DNA from: Escherichia phage D5505
Strand: one strand, 5' to 3'
Length of the DNA: 64,000 nucleotides
Sequence record: MK327929.1
Positions 20,051-30,719 of the stretch are shown in pieces (positions within the stretch are counted from its first letter, which is position 1; the number at the start of each line of letters is the position of its first letter). Made by a program: the position numbers and the translations under genes. Below the pieces are notes generated by a model. That model ran no database searches. It saw nothing but the letters and a program-made list of their open reading frames with translations, and was not told the origin of the DNA.

Positions 20051-21510
20051 AGACCAGTTACCTCATGAAAATCACCAAATACATCCTCGAATGTATTAGC
20101 TTTAGTTTTATCTTCACGTAAACGAATCGCAATCGGAAGAAATAATTTAACGTAATCAGTGCGGCCATCAGATTTTAACCAACCGTTGCATTCGCACTCT
20201 AGAATTTTTCCAATATAATAATTTTGGTTTTCCATAATGCGAGTACGGTCAAGTTCATGCGATTTTACACCGGCTTTATCTTTTAAGCCTGAACCAGCAT
20301 TTACTTTAATTTTTCCACACTCTGACTCAAGAATAAATCCACCTGCTTTAGTAGGGTCTTTACGGTGAGGATAAATTCCTACAATTTTTAAATCAACATC
20401 AATTACTTCTTTAAATTTATAGAGATTTTTTGAACGAGCATTTTCCCATAATCCATCGATATTTTTGAGAATAATACCTTCAAGACCTTGGTCAATATAC
20501 TTTTTATAAATTACCTTAGCTTCATCTAGGTTATTTACTACCTGGTTTTCAATTAAAATTACTTTATCATATCCCGATGTCATTTGTTCTAGTTTAGAAA
20601 AACGTACATCATATTTTAAACGAAACGCTGGAAGACCGTATATTTCTACCAACGGGACATAATCCCAGACCTGAAACTTCATACATTGAGCTTCTTTTTC
20701 AGAAATGGTTCCTTTTAAGGATTTATTGGCGATTCCATTAGAAGTAGTACGAGATTCCGCTACTTCGGCGAATTCTTTGGCTTTACTAATTTCAGGATAA
20801 GCATCAAAAAGAAAATCTAGGCCTTCTGGTTCCTTTTTAACTTGCTCATGGTATACCAATTCGCCATCAATTAACACACCTTCTGGATGAATCTGGCGGG
20901 CTTCAGCAGTCATTTTGATTAACTCTTCCTTAAGAAGATCTAATCCTAGATATTCATTACCAGCTCGTGATAAAAGACGAACATCATCTAATTCATCGCC
21001 TCGGACTTCAGCAAAACACCGAGCTCCATCTGCTTTTAACTGCGCAAAGGCTGGAAACTTGATATTCTTATTAATGCCTTTTTCATCATAAGAACTTGCA
21101 AGCATTTGAGGTTGTTCAGGAATTAAACCTGGCCAAACTTTATTTGCAATAGATACTGAAGCACCGCATTCAAGGTCTCGCATCATAACTCGACGCAAAA
21201 CTTCAACATCATCCTTTTTACCATCAGTGATATATCCAGTTAATTCCTCAATTGCAGCATTTCCAGTCAATTTCCGAGTAGCTAACGTGAATTCAATGAA
21301 GTCAAGCATATCGGTAATAGTCAGCATTCCAAAACTCTGGGTAGCAATACCCGGTTTAGGCCATTTCTTGATATAATACTGTAACCCACGAGAATAAGTC
21401 AGACGATATACTCGTTTAAGCAATTCATTATCTTTATTCTTTTCAAGAATTGCTTGCTTCTGCTTAGTTGAACCAATAGATGCTATTTCGTTCAGAATTT
21501 TAAGAATCAT
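20047..21510 (-). CDS. 30: ATP-dependent DNA ligase gp30
   Basis: 487 aa; adenylation motif AQLKADGARCF. Confidence 0.9.
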   Translation of the reverse strand: MILKILNEIASIGSTKQKQAILEKNKDNELLKRVYRLTYSRGLQYYIKKWPKPGIATQSFGMLTITDMLDFIEFTLATRKLTGNAAIEELTGYITDGKKDDVEVLRRVMMRDLECGASVSIANKVWPGLIPEQPQMLASSYDEKGINKNIKFPAFAQLKADGARCFAEVRGDELDDVRLLSRAGNEYLGLDLLKEELIKMTAEARQIHPEGVLIDGELVYHEQVKKEPEGLDFLFDAYPEISKAKEFAEVAESRTTSNGIANKSLKGTISEKEAQCMKFQVWDYVPLVEIYGLPAFRLKYDVRFSKLEQMTSGYDKVILIENQVVNNLDEAKVIYKKYIDQGLEGIILKNIDGLWENARSKNLYKFKEVIDVDLKIVGIYPHRKDPTKAGGFILESECGKIKVNAGSGLKDKAGVKSHELDRTRIMENQNYYIGKILECECNGWLKSDGRTDYVKLFLPIAIRLREDKTKANTFEDVFGDFHEVTGL

Positions 21511-21776
21511 TGTTCATCCTTTAGAGTTTGGTTTACAGCTCTATTATAAATCAATTCATCATTAAGCTCAGTCAAAGACCTGTGGTACGTGGTTCTAACT
21601 TTATTTCCTTGCATCCAGTGCTTGACGTAAATGAAACCTTGCTCTACACATTTTTTAAAAATTCGTTCGTCTTTTTGAGCTCGGAATTCTGGATTGCATC
21701 TAAAAAATTGATTTACGTGACCGTAATCACGTGTAGTATTACCTTCATTTTCATAAATAGTGTGAACAACAAACAT
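21507..21776 (-). CDS. hypothetical protein (30.1 position)
   Basis: 89-aa ORF. Confidence 0.5.
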   Translation of the reverse strand: MFVVHTIYENEGNTTRDYGHVNQFFRCNPEFRAQKDERIFKKCVEQGFIYVKHWMQGNKVRTTYHRSLTELNDELIYNRAVNQTLKDEQ

Positions 21777-22615
21777 TAGAATGCTCCTTGGAAAATATTA
21801 TCACCACTAGTAAATCTATTAAAATATCCTGCATCACCAGGCTTAGTATAACTCCACGTATGGAATGGATTCATATGATACGGGTGTGTATAATATGGAT
21901 TATACGGATTAAATCCAGGAGTTCTCCAGGTAGTGTTCCAACGAAAAGAATCGTTTTTAACCATCTTCTCAATTACATCTTTTATAGCTTTTTCACTATC
22001 AAAACTTTCTTTATTTTCCTTCGGTGAAAAAAGCTTATTTTCTACATCATTCCATGTATAAACTCGCTGCGCAGTTTTTGGAATATTGTCACGCTCTCCT
22101 CGAGCCATCCAATAAACAGGAACATTTAATATTTCACTCGCATGATCGCAGTGGTGGGCGAGATCGTCAATATAACAAATTACATTATATTTCTCTTTTG
22201 CCTTTTTGAATAACTCTTCTTTTGAAGAATCATGACCACACATCATTACTTCTGAGAAGGCACCAGGAAAAAGAGCATTCAAATTAAATTGACGATTCAG
22301 CAGAGCGTCAATAGAATCACCCAATGCTGTAACAGCTACAAAATTATAATCTTCTTTTAGTTTGTTAATTACGCACAGGGCATCTTTATATGGAGACAGG
22401 TAACGAATAAAATCTGATCGATTGTATTTTTCAATTAGCTTGGCACCAAGTTCTTCATCACAATTAAAGAGTTTACCCGGAGAAATAAATTTCTCATCTT
22501 GGATCATTTTTAAAATATGTTCTAACGGAAGATTATATTTCTGAGCAAAATAAGGAAGACCTGATTGCCAGCTTAAACATACTCCATCAATATCAGTTAA
22601 AATAGTAGGCTTCAT
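21776..22615 (-). CDS. HAD-superfamily hydrolase-like protein (30.2 position)
   Basis: 279 aa; N-terminal ILTDIDGV resembles HAD motif I, YIDD resembles motif IV. Confidence 0.5.
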   Translation of the reverse strand: MKPTILTDIDGVCLSWQSGLPYFAQKYNLPLEHILKMIQDEKFISPGKLFNCDEELGAKLIEKYNRSDFIRYLSPYKDALCVINKLKEDYNFVAVTALGDSIDALLNRQFNLNALFPGAFSEVMMCGHDSSKEELFKKAKEKYNVICYIDDLAHHCDHASEILNVPVYWMARGERDNIPKTAQRVYTWNDVENKLFSPKENKESFDSEKAIKDVIEKMVKNDSFRWNTTWRTPGFNPYNPYYTHPYHMNPFHTWSYTKPGDAGYFNRFTSGDNIFQGAF

Positions 22616-23076
22616 AGAGAGTCTCTTAATAGGTTTAACACATCAATAAATTCAGCTTCGGTTAGTATTGTATCATCTTTTGTTAGACCACTAGCCATGC
22701 TGTGCTTCAAAACTTTTCCTTTCGAGGCTTGTAATGCATCGCGAAAGCCCCTGTTTTGGAACGCTGCTTCAAAATATGCATTTGTGTATAATTCTTTCCA
22801 CACTGGAGAGTATCTTGAAAACGGAACTCCAAGCCAGAAGAGGGTCCCACGGTCCTGAGCTCTAGCATAAGACCTTCCAGCTTGTTGGGCGGCAAGCCCG
22901 GATAACCCAAATATACGACGTTGCTGTTCAATATTTTTCACCTTACACCCTTGGAGGAATCCTTCGAGACCTCCAAATTGGATACCATCCATAACAAAAG
23001 GCCATTGGGCGAAATTACTTAATGCGCATGATGGCCATCTAAAATTGCTTCTAATCTCTAACTCAGACATTTTCAA
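22612..23076 (-). CDS. NADAR/YbiA-like (DUF1768-type) protein (30.3 position)
   Basis: 154 aa; LSNFAQWPFVMDG resembles the YbiA/NADAR N-terminal signature as I remember it; needs HMM confirmation. Confidence 0.45.
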   Translation of the reverse strand: MKMSELEIRSNFRWPSCALSNFAQWPFVMDGIQFGGLEGFLQGCKVKNIEQQRRIFGLSGLAAQQAGRSYARAQDRGTLFWLGVPFSRYSPVWKELYTNAYFEAAFQNRGFRDALQASKGKVLKHSMASGLTKDDTILTEAEFIDVLNLLRDSL

Positions 23077-23269
23077 TACTTATAATTTCAACATCAGCCC
23101 AATGACCATAGCAAGGAAGACGAAATTCAACTGGCCAGTTAGGGTCCTTTTCTAATATAATAGACTTAACTTGTGGTTCTTCGTGTTCATCAGTATATGG
23201 ATTTTTATCTGTTACTTTATATGTGACCTTAATGTACTGAATTCCAAAAATCTTATTAATTATATTCAT
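23063..23269 (-). CDS. hypothetical protein
   Basis: 68-aa ORF. Confidence 0.45.
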   Translation of the reverse strand: MNIINKIFGIQYIKVTYKVTDKNPYTDEHEEPQVKSIILEKDPNWPVEFRLPCYGHWADVEIISIENV

Positions 23270-23463
23270 ACTAATTCCTTTAATCCGTAGATAGGAGATA
23301 ATTCATCACCCATACGAAGGTCTTCATTTCCATCTACCCAGGAAACAATATAAGCCTCTTTTATTTGAATACCACTCCATTTAAATGGAGGTAGAACCTT
23401 AGAAATTAATCCAGGTATACCAACTCCCTTTAATTCAACAGTTTGACCTAAAAAGAATTTCAT
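23266..23463 (-). CDS. hypothetical protein
   Basis: 65-aa ORF. Confidence 0.45.
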   Translation of the reverse strand: MKFFLGQTVELKGVGIPGLISKVLPPFKWSGIQIKEAYIVSWVDGNEDLRMGDELSPIYGLKELV

Positions 23464-23705
23464 TAAAACCTCATCTGAAAACCGTGCGATTTAACATTAC
23501 CGCCATTAATATCAGAACTATTAATTTCACGTGCAATTGAGGGATCAATGTCAATTTCGCGATTGAGTTTAGTGATAGCTAAAGTATCGCGCCCATTTAC
23601 AGTACGGAACTCTAAAGGGCAGACTACATTAACGTAGTTTTTAATCGATTCACTGGTAGGTTGCAAATGTGCAGGAAGGTCTTTAGGCGCCTTTGAGAAA
23701 ACCAC
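23463..23705 (-). CDS. hypothetical protein; no in-frame ATG (GTG start or frameshifted)
   Basis: 80-aa ORF begins at GTG without SD; an ATG with good SD lies one frame off just upstream. Confidence 0.35.
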   Translation of the reverse strand: MVFSKAPKDLPAHLQPTSESIKNYVNVVCPLEFRTVNGRDTLAITKLNREIDIDPSIAREINSSDINGGNVKSHGFQMRF

Positions 23706-23765
23706 TTCACAAAATTTTTACGGGTATCAAAATAAGTAGTCATAAACATAACATTTTCCTCAGTA

Positions 23766-23783
23766 AGGGGCCAAAGCCCCTCA
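23766..23783 (-). terminator. hairpin GGGGC-CAAA-GCCCC
   Basis: GC stem-loop between ORFs. Confidence 0.4.
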
Positions 23784-23789
23784 TTTATT

Positions 23790-24155
23790 TTAAATATCAA
23801 ATTCGTTAAGAACTACATCAAAGATTGCTTCAAGATGCTCAGGTTTAGCTCTGTTACTCAGAATATGACGAATCCAAGTTTTAACCAAAAGCTTGCGATT
23901 AACGCCATTCCAGCAAGGATGAGTCCCTAAATCGCGTTCACGGAAATCATCATCCAGAGCGATTTTAAAGTTGGAACCTTCCATCGTGATTGAAACCGTG
24001 ATACCGTTTTCAAATCGCATATAAACGTAATTAGGAGTCATATACTGCTCAATTTCGCATACTGATCCATTTTGATGTTTCCAAAGGCAAATAGTATCAA
24101 TAGAACCTGCAATACCATTAGAAACATATTTACGTTCAAAGTTGATGTAGTTCAT
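23790..24155 (-). CDS. hypothetical protein (30.7 position)
   Basis: 121 aa from ATG (track ORF starts at upstream TTG). Confidence 0.45.
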   Translation of the reverse strand: MNYINFERKYVSNGIAGSIDTICLWKHQNGSVCEIEQYMTPNYVYMRFENGITVSITMEGSNFKIALDDDFRERDLGTHPCWNGVNRKLLVKTWIRHILSNRAKPEHLEAIFDVVLNEFDI

Positions 24156-24180
24156 TTTATTATCCAAGATGTTTAATTGC

Positions 24181-24220
24181 GGTACAGGTATATAATATCA
24201 TATCCTGTACCAAAGTAAAC
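24181..24220 (-). promoter_or_regulatory. early promoter (GTTTACT ... TATTAT) embedded in an 8-bp inverted repeat
   Basis: GGTACAGG - 15 nt - CCTGTACC palindrome encloses the -10 region. Confidence 0.45.
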
Positions 24221-24222
24221 AA

Positions 24223-24555
24223 TTATTTTACTACTTTCCAATGCTGCATGTCAAGTTTACCAACTTTTTTCATCTTCTCAATTAAGCGTTCGGCACGTTG
24301 GCGAGCTGTAACATAATACCATTCACCTAATTCATTTTGTTCAATTTTTCCAACGATTACTGTATTCAATTCATAAATCCAACCAGTAAAGAAATTATGA
24401 ACTTGAATTGTAAAGGTGAAATCTGTTCCCATACCTTCTGTTGTTTCTACTTCAATAATATCACCTTCAACTGCCATTAAGAACCACATAGTTTCATCAT
24501 ATTTACCATTGAAGCATTTAGTTTTAACTGCAGCGTTCAGATTAATCGTTTTCAT
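24223..24555 (-). CDS. hypothetical protein (30.8 position)
   Basis: 110-aa ORF with ATG. Confidence 0.5.
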   Translation of the reverse strand: MKTINLNAAVKTKCFNGKYDETMWFLMAVEGDIIEVETTEGMGTDFTFTIQVHNFFTGWIYELNTVIVGKIEQNELGEWYYVTARQRAERLIEKMKKVGKLDMQHWKVVK

Positions 24556-24582
24556 TTTATTCTCCTTTGTTTGTGTAAGATA

Positions 24583-24612
24583 ATACTATCACAAAGGAAC
24601 CATACTGTAAAC
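24583..24612 (-). promoter_or_regulatory. early promoter GTTTACA - 17 nt - TAGTAT
   Basis: T4 early promoter consensus on the minus strand, preceded by hairpin 24642-24659. Confidence 0.5.
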
Positions 24613-24665
24613 AACTTTATGCAATCTTTGGAAAATAAAAAAGGACTCCCGAAGGAGTCCTCAAC

Positions 24666-24842
24666 TTATGCTTTCTGCTTACCAAAACGAGAAGCATCAT
24701 CTCGAAGAACCGCACGTGCTCGGCGCATGATCTTCTCAACAGTTTGATTGATACGAGAGTTCGACCCACGCTTGTAGCCAGCGCGTTTAGAATCACCAAC
24801 TTTCTTTTCAACTGCTTTCTTTGCTTTAGCTTGTTTTGCCAT
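24666..24842 (-). CDS. small basic protein (30.9 position)
   Basis: 58 aa from ATG 24842, Lys/Arg rich. Confidence 0.45.
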   Translation of the reverse strand: MAKQAKAKKAVEKKVGDSKRAGYKRGSNSRINQTVEKIMRRARAVLRDDASRFGKQKA

Positions 24843-25240
24843 TATAAATTCTCTTTTAAATGAAAATGCAGGACTTATTGGCATTGCCTGCGCAAGCCCT
24901 CAAGGGGAACATAGGTTTTTGGATATTTAACGACCAGGATAACCATAAACCCGTCATCATACCTTATAGCTCTTATCTGTTGCACACCGTTAGCTTAAAG
25001 GTTCCGGGTTCGATTTCTCGAGGATAAGATATATACTGATGGATATATAGGCCTTGAGGCGTACTCCCGATTGGCCATCACCTCGGGGTAGCATGCACTT
25101 GCCGCTATAAGAATAACATTCAAGAGGTACACCGTAAAACTGCCGGGGTCTTAAAACTATAATGATTCACAAATCATTAATCAGACAGTTCGACGGCTCC
25201 TCGTTTTAACTTCACACTAAGGCAGTGACTCTCCAATAAA

Positions 25241-25489
25241 TTACTTCAGTGTTACCACAAAGTGACGAACTGCTTTTCGTGCAGCAGAAGCCAGAGGCTT
25301 AGCATATTTAAGTTCATCTTTTTCCTGAAGCTCAGCAGCTAATGCAGTTTGAGCAGGATTCAGATGTTTGAAATAACGCAGGATTTCAAGAGCTTCGGCT
25401 TCAACATCAATAGATGCGCCATAGTTTTCGTGACCATTATTCCATGCGTTTCGTTGCAGTTCAAGAGCGTGTTGTAATTGTTTAATCAT
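25241..25489 (-). CDS. rIII: RIII lysis-inhibition accessory protein
   Basis: 82 aa, position beside gene 31, length as T4 rIII. Confidence 0.8.
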   Translation of the reverse strand: MIKQLQHALELQRNAWNNGHENYGASIDVEAEALEILRYFKHLNPAQTALAAELQEKDELKYAKPLASAARKAVRHFVVTLK

Positions 25490-25636
25490 TTAAAAATTCT
25501 CGTTAGAGATTAAAACTCGGTAGTCACGTTCTTCTGAATTTCATCTTCTTTCGACAGATCTCTCAGTTGTAGACTACCACATAGAATTGTTCGGTTAACT
25601 TATTATTCCGACACCCAATTCATATTATTATTTATA

Positions 25637-25972
25637 TCACTTATAAAGACACGGAATAGCTTTATAGTGACAGGTAACGAATTTTTGTTTAATTTCTTTT
25701 GGCTGCTTAAGACCCAGAGCTACAAAAGGGTGTGGAACGTTTCGAATTTGACCAACTGGAAGAGAAGTCAAATCACCAACTTCACAGAAACCTTCAGGAA
25801 CATCAGGACCGACAGAGTGAACTACACACAGTTCAGGAACTTCACCTTGAACACGTTTACCGATAATAAGTCCTGATTCTGTAACTTCTTCATCACCGGC
25901 TTGTGCAGGTTCAGAAACTAAAATAACATATTCACCGACAGCACGAATTGGTAGCTGTTGTACTTCAGACAT
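25637..25972 (-). CDS. 31: gp31 co-chaperonin (GroES analogue)
   Basis: 111 aa, length and position as T4 gp31. Confidence 0.85.
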
Positions 25973-26028
25973 CGTTTTTCCTTTTTGTTAACAGATGAAT
26001 TAATAATAACAAATAATTCTTAAAGCAT

Positions 26029-26337
26029 TTATTTACCAATAAATTGGAGCAAATGCTCAACTTTCATACCATTAACGGAAATCAATTTGTCAATAGAAAA
26101 ACCTCGCCATGCACCAAGCTCAACATCAAATACTGGAATCATATCAGTAGATTCTTTCCGAGTAGATTCAGTCAATTTACCAGTTTGCATGGTTGGCATA
26201 AAGTCAGCATCGCGAGTACCTTTCATAACACGAATAGTACCATCAGACTTTTCAAAAACTACGTTTGAAACACCCATGGACAATTTAGTTTTCAAAATTT
26301 CAAGAATTGCTACTTTTTGTTCAGTCGTCAGTTTCAT
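26029..26337 (-). CDS. hypothetical protein (31.1 position)
   Basis: 102-aa ORF. Confidence 0.5.
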   Translation of the reverse strand: MKLTTEQKVAILEILKTKLSMGVSNVVFEKSDGTIRVMKGTRDADFMPTMQTGKLTESTRKESTDMIPVFDVELGAWRGFSIDKLISVNGMKVEHLLQFIGK

Positions 26338-26574
26338 TTATTTACCTATTACAGTTTTAATATGAGTTGTTCCACGTTCTTTAAGAGTGGAAAGTAATTT
26401 TTGGCATTTTTCTAAATCAGATTTCCAACTATGTGGTCTATCAATACAAACCCAGTTTGACTTATAATACTGCTTCCATTTAGAGAAAAAATACTTCTTA
26501 TACTCTACAGCAAATGAAATGTTCTCGTTGGAATAAGAACTAATTGCTGTGAGCTGTACCAAACGAAATTTCAT
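26338..26574 (-). CDS. hypothetical protein (31.2 position)
   Basis: 78-aa ORF. Confidence 0.45.
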   Translation of the reverse strand: MKFRLVQLTAISSYSNENISFAVEYKKYFFSKWKQYYKSNWVCIDRPHSWKSDLEKCQKLLSTLKERGTTHIKTVIGK

Positions 26575-27155
26575 TATTCACCACAGAATTCGTTGATATT
26601 TTCCCAGTTTAACTTATTTAAGTTTTTCTTAGGAACATTAAACACTTCAATACCTGCATTTCGCAGAATATCATCCCAGCCAGGTTTATTTTTATCGTAT
26701 GTTTCACAATAAACCAGCTTTTTAATTCCAGATTGAGCTATTGCTTTTGCACAATCTGGGCAAGGAGAAAGTGTTACATACATAGTAGCACCTTCAATTG
26801 AAGAACCGTTTCGTGCAGCAAACAAAATCGCATTTAGTTCAGCATGAATTTCATTTTTAGACGACCATTCAGAGTGCGCGCTACGATGTTCTTTCGCCAA
26901 TACAAAACGATCAGTTGAACCAAACGATACACATTCAGGCTTATGACCTTGAATGATAGTATGTTTAGGCTTATTCAGCAACCAACCTTGCTCAGCAGCA
27001 TAATCACAGCAGTTCACACCACCTGCAGGTGAACCATTATATCCAGTAGAAATAATACGTCCATTCTTTTCAATTACTGCTCCTACTTTCCAGGAGCAAC
27101 ATTTTGATTCTTGTGATACTAAATATGCAATTTGAAGTACTGTACTCGCTTTCAT
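26574..27155 (-). CDS. cd: dCMP deaminase
   Basis: 193 aa; zinc-binding deaminase motifs HAELNAI and SPCPDCAKAI. Confidence 0.9.
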   Translation of the reverse strand: MKASTVLQIAYLVSQESKCCSWKVGAVIEKNGRIISTGYNGSPAGGVNCCDYAAEQGWLLNKPKHTIIQGHKPECVSFGSTDRFVLAKEHRSAHSEWSSKNEIHAELNAILFAARNGSSIEGATMYVTLSPCPDCAKAIAQSGIKKLVYCETYDKNKPGWDDILRNAGIEVFNVPKKNLNKLNWENINEFCGE

Positions 27156-27490
27156 TTCATAATCACCAGATAAGCAGATTTAGCAGTTTCAACACGATAA
27201 ATTTCGTGACGAAGTTTAGTTATACTTTTAATAACAGAACTAATTATATTCTGCCCATCTTTAAAGCGGTTTTTCTTATCAATAAAAATTGCGCCAACCA
27301 TCTTTTTGTGAAGCTCAACCGGATACTTCGTCACAATAATAGCATCATACACAGAAGGATGAATACTATTCACCAGAGTATCATTCATTAAAGTTATTCT
27401 AATGAACTTTGCTGTTTCAGAGTCAAGCGCTCTATGATCGCCAGTATCATTTTCAAGACAATTATCAATTATATCAGTTAAATTCATCAT
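27152..27490 (-). CDS. hypothetical protein (cd.1 region)
   Basis: 112-aa ORF. Confidence 0.45.
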   Translation of the reverse strand: MMNLTDIIDNCLENDTGDHRALDSETAKFIRITLMNDTLVNSIHPSVYDAIIVTKYPVELHKKMVGAIFIDKKNRFKDGQNIISSVIKSITKLRHEIYRVETAKSAYLVIMK

Positions 27491-27723
27491 AGTACGCCAT
27501 ACACCCTTTGTGCTTCAACTAATCCATCAAAATCCAATTTGAGATGTGTTATTTGGTCACCATCACCTGGATTCACAATTACTAATACCGAACGAGGAGT
27601 TTCGGTAATAACACGAACCGACGTTTCAGGAAATCGTTCAGAAACCTTATTTACCAATTCTTGAGCAAATAGTTTAACTTTTTCTTGGAATTCTTTAACA
27701 GTAATTGGTTTTTCGCTTAGCAT
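27487..27723 (-). CDS. hypothetical protein
   Basis: 78-aa ORF. Confidence 0.45.
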   Translation of the reverse strand: MLSEKPITVKEFQEKVKLFAQELVNKVSERFPETSVRVITETPRSVLVIVNPGDGDQITHLKLDFDGLVEAQRVYGVL

Positions 27724-28244
27724 GTTGATCCTAGCTCCTTACTTTCAACATTTTTAACTAATTTGACAGAAACTAATTCAGCATCTTGGGTAATCATTAC
27801 CGGACCTTCTTCATGCTCTTCAAGATATTCTAGAGCTTTCTTTTTAGCTTCTTCCTTCGTATCAGTTTGAGCATAGATATAGAACATACAACCAGTAATA
27901 CCTACTACTTTCCACTTAATTTCTTTATCAGTTTTAATTTCAAATTTACTTACAGAATCATCTTTTTGAACTTCTTCGAAAAAAGAATATTCTAACATAT
28001 AAGCAATTGAAAATAACGGGCTAACTTTATAGGATTCACCCATTACATCAACAGCTTTATACCAACAATCATCAATTTCACGTTTAATGCTAATAACATT
28101 TTTCGCAGGATCTATTTTTACTTTAAATGAATTTTCCCCAATAAACTGGGCAATTCGTTTATTAGCCCCGCAAGTTTCATTAAAAATATCTTTATACCCA
28201 GTTTTAAAGCGATAAACCTTATCTTCTTCAAACCATTCGCTCAT
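27717..28244 (-). CDS. hypothetical protein
   Basis: 175-aa ORF, early promoter GTTTACT...TATTAT upstream (28262-28291). Confidence 0.5.
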   Translation of the reverse strand: MSEWFEEDKVYRFKTGYKDIFNETCGANKRIAQFIGENSFKVKIDPAKNVISIKREIDDCWYKAVDVMGESYKVSPLFSIAYMLEYSFFEEVQKDDSVSKFEIKTDKEIKWKVVGITGCMFYIYAQTDTKEEAKKKALEYLEEHEEGPVMITQDAELVSVKLVKNVESKELGSTC

Positions 28245-28305
28245 TTCAATTTCCTCGTTTGTTTTGGTAGAGCTATAATATCACAACTCTACCGTAAAGT
28301 AAACT

Positions 28306-28581
28306 TTAAATTGCTTTGAATTCTGATGTCTGTGATTCAAAGCGAATATCGCCTTTGATGACTAGCTCAGCATCAAGACCGAATACGACAATGATATGCG
28401 CGGAACCTGGATACAACGTGATGGCAACAGAATCCACCTGGTCTGGAAGCAAAGTGTTCAATACATGAGTCACTTGAGCATGGATTCGAAGCTCAGCTGC
28501 GTTATCAAGTTTTTCAAACATATTATTAGCGATAATTTGGCTAAACACTACTTCTACGATTTTAGAGTAAGTCGGAAACAT
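28306..28581 (-). CDS. hypothetical protein
   Basis: 91-aa ORF. Confidence 0.4.
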   Translation of the reverse strand: MFPTYSKIVEVVFSQIIANNMFEKLDNAAELRIHAQVTHVLNTLLPDQVDSVAITLYPGSAHIIVVFGLDAELVIKGDIRFESQTSEFKAI

Positions 28582-28583
28582 AT

Positions 28584-28776
28584 TTACCTCACATAATTTT
28601 CTTCAAGCCAATCAATAACATCCAAAGCGTTATCAAAAGTTGCGCCATCTACTTTGTCTTCTGTTTCATAATCAAGAACATCTAGGCCTACTCTTCCGTC
28701 AACAATAGGCCATAGACAAAATAGATATTTCTTTTCTTTTTCAATTTTATCACAAAGACGATAAATCTTTTCTAGG

Positions 28777-28784
<8 letters not shown>
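28584..28784 (-). CDS. hypothetical protein
   Basis: 66-aa ORF. Confidence 0.4.
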
Positions 28785-30192
<1,408 letters not shown>

Positions 30193-30196
<4 letters not shown>

Positions 30197-30423
30197 TTAT
30201 TTTTCTCAACTAATGATTGAATATAATCATGCAGGTCTTTAGATGCTTTACCCCACTTATTTTGATATTCATTTTTGAGATTAGCACGGGATTGAGCTAA
30301 TAAAACATCATTAGTTGGAGGTAAAGATTCTAACCGCTGAATCTGGCGTCCATAAATCATTGCAGCCATCTCGGATTCATAAATCAATCCTTTGAGATGT
30401 TCAAATTGATGCCATGAAATCAT
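30193..30423 (-). CDS. hypothetical protein
   Basis: 76-aa ORF. Confidence 0.45.
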
Positions 30424-30719
30424 TTACATTTATCCTCTTTTAACTCTTGACGATAATAACATATCATAGTTTTTTGGTCATGTACATATCGTTTTACATC
30501 ATTAAGCCAAATACGAAATTCCTGGGAATCTTCAAATGGCATACCGACCCAAGCTTTACCATCAATAACTTTAACTTGCCAAGATAGTTTAGCTTCATCA
30601 TATGACTTTATCTGTACAGGCCAATTAGGATGAACTGTTTCTTTCTTTACTTCTAGAGGCTTTGTCGAACAACCAGCTAGAAGACCGATAGATAATATTA
30701 CTGCTGATAGTCTAATCAT
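30420..30719 (-). CDS. o-spanin (outer-membrane lipoprotein, T4 PseT.2-like)
   Basis: 99 aa; signal peptide with lipobox LLAGC|S. Confidence 0.65.
   Translation of the reverse strand: MIRLSAVILSIGLLAGCSTKPLEVKKETVHPNWPVQIKSYDEAKLSWQVKVIDGKAWVGMPFEDSQEFRIWLNDVKRYVHDQKTMICYYRQELKEDKCK

Noticed and set aside
25001-25030. Possible tRNA gene suggested by GGGTTCGATTTC T-loop-like motif
   Set aside because: T-stem pairs poorly and the distance to the only plausible 5' acceptor strand is about 25 nt, too short for D and anticodon arms; no canonical cloverleaf can be drawn. Kept only as a tRNA-like remnant within the intergenic finding.
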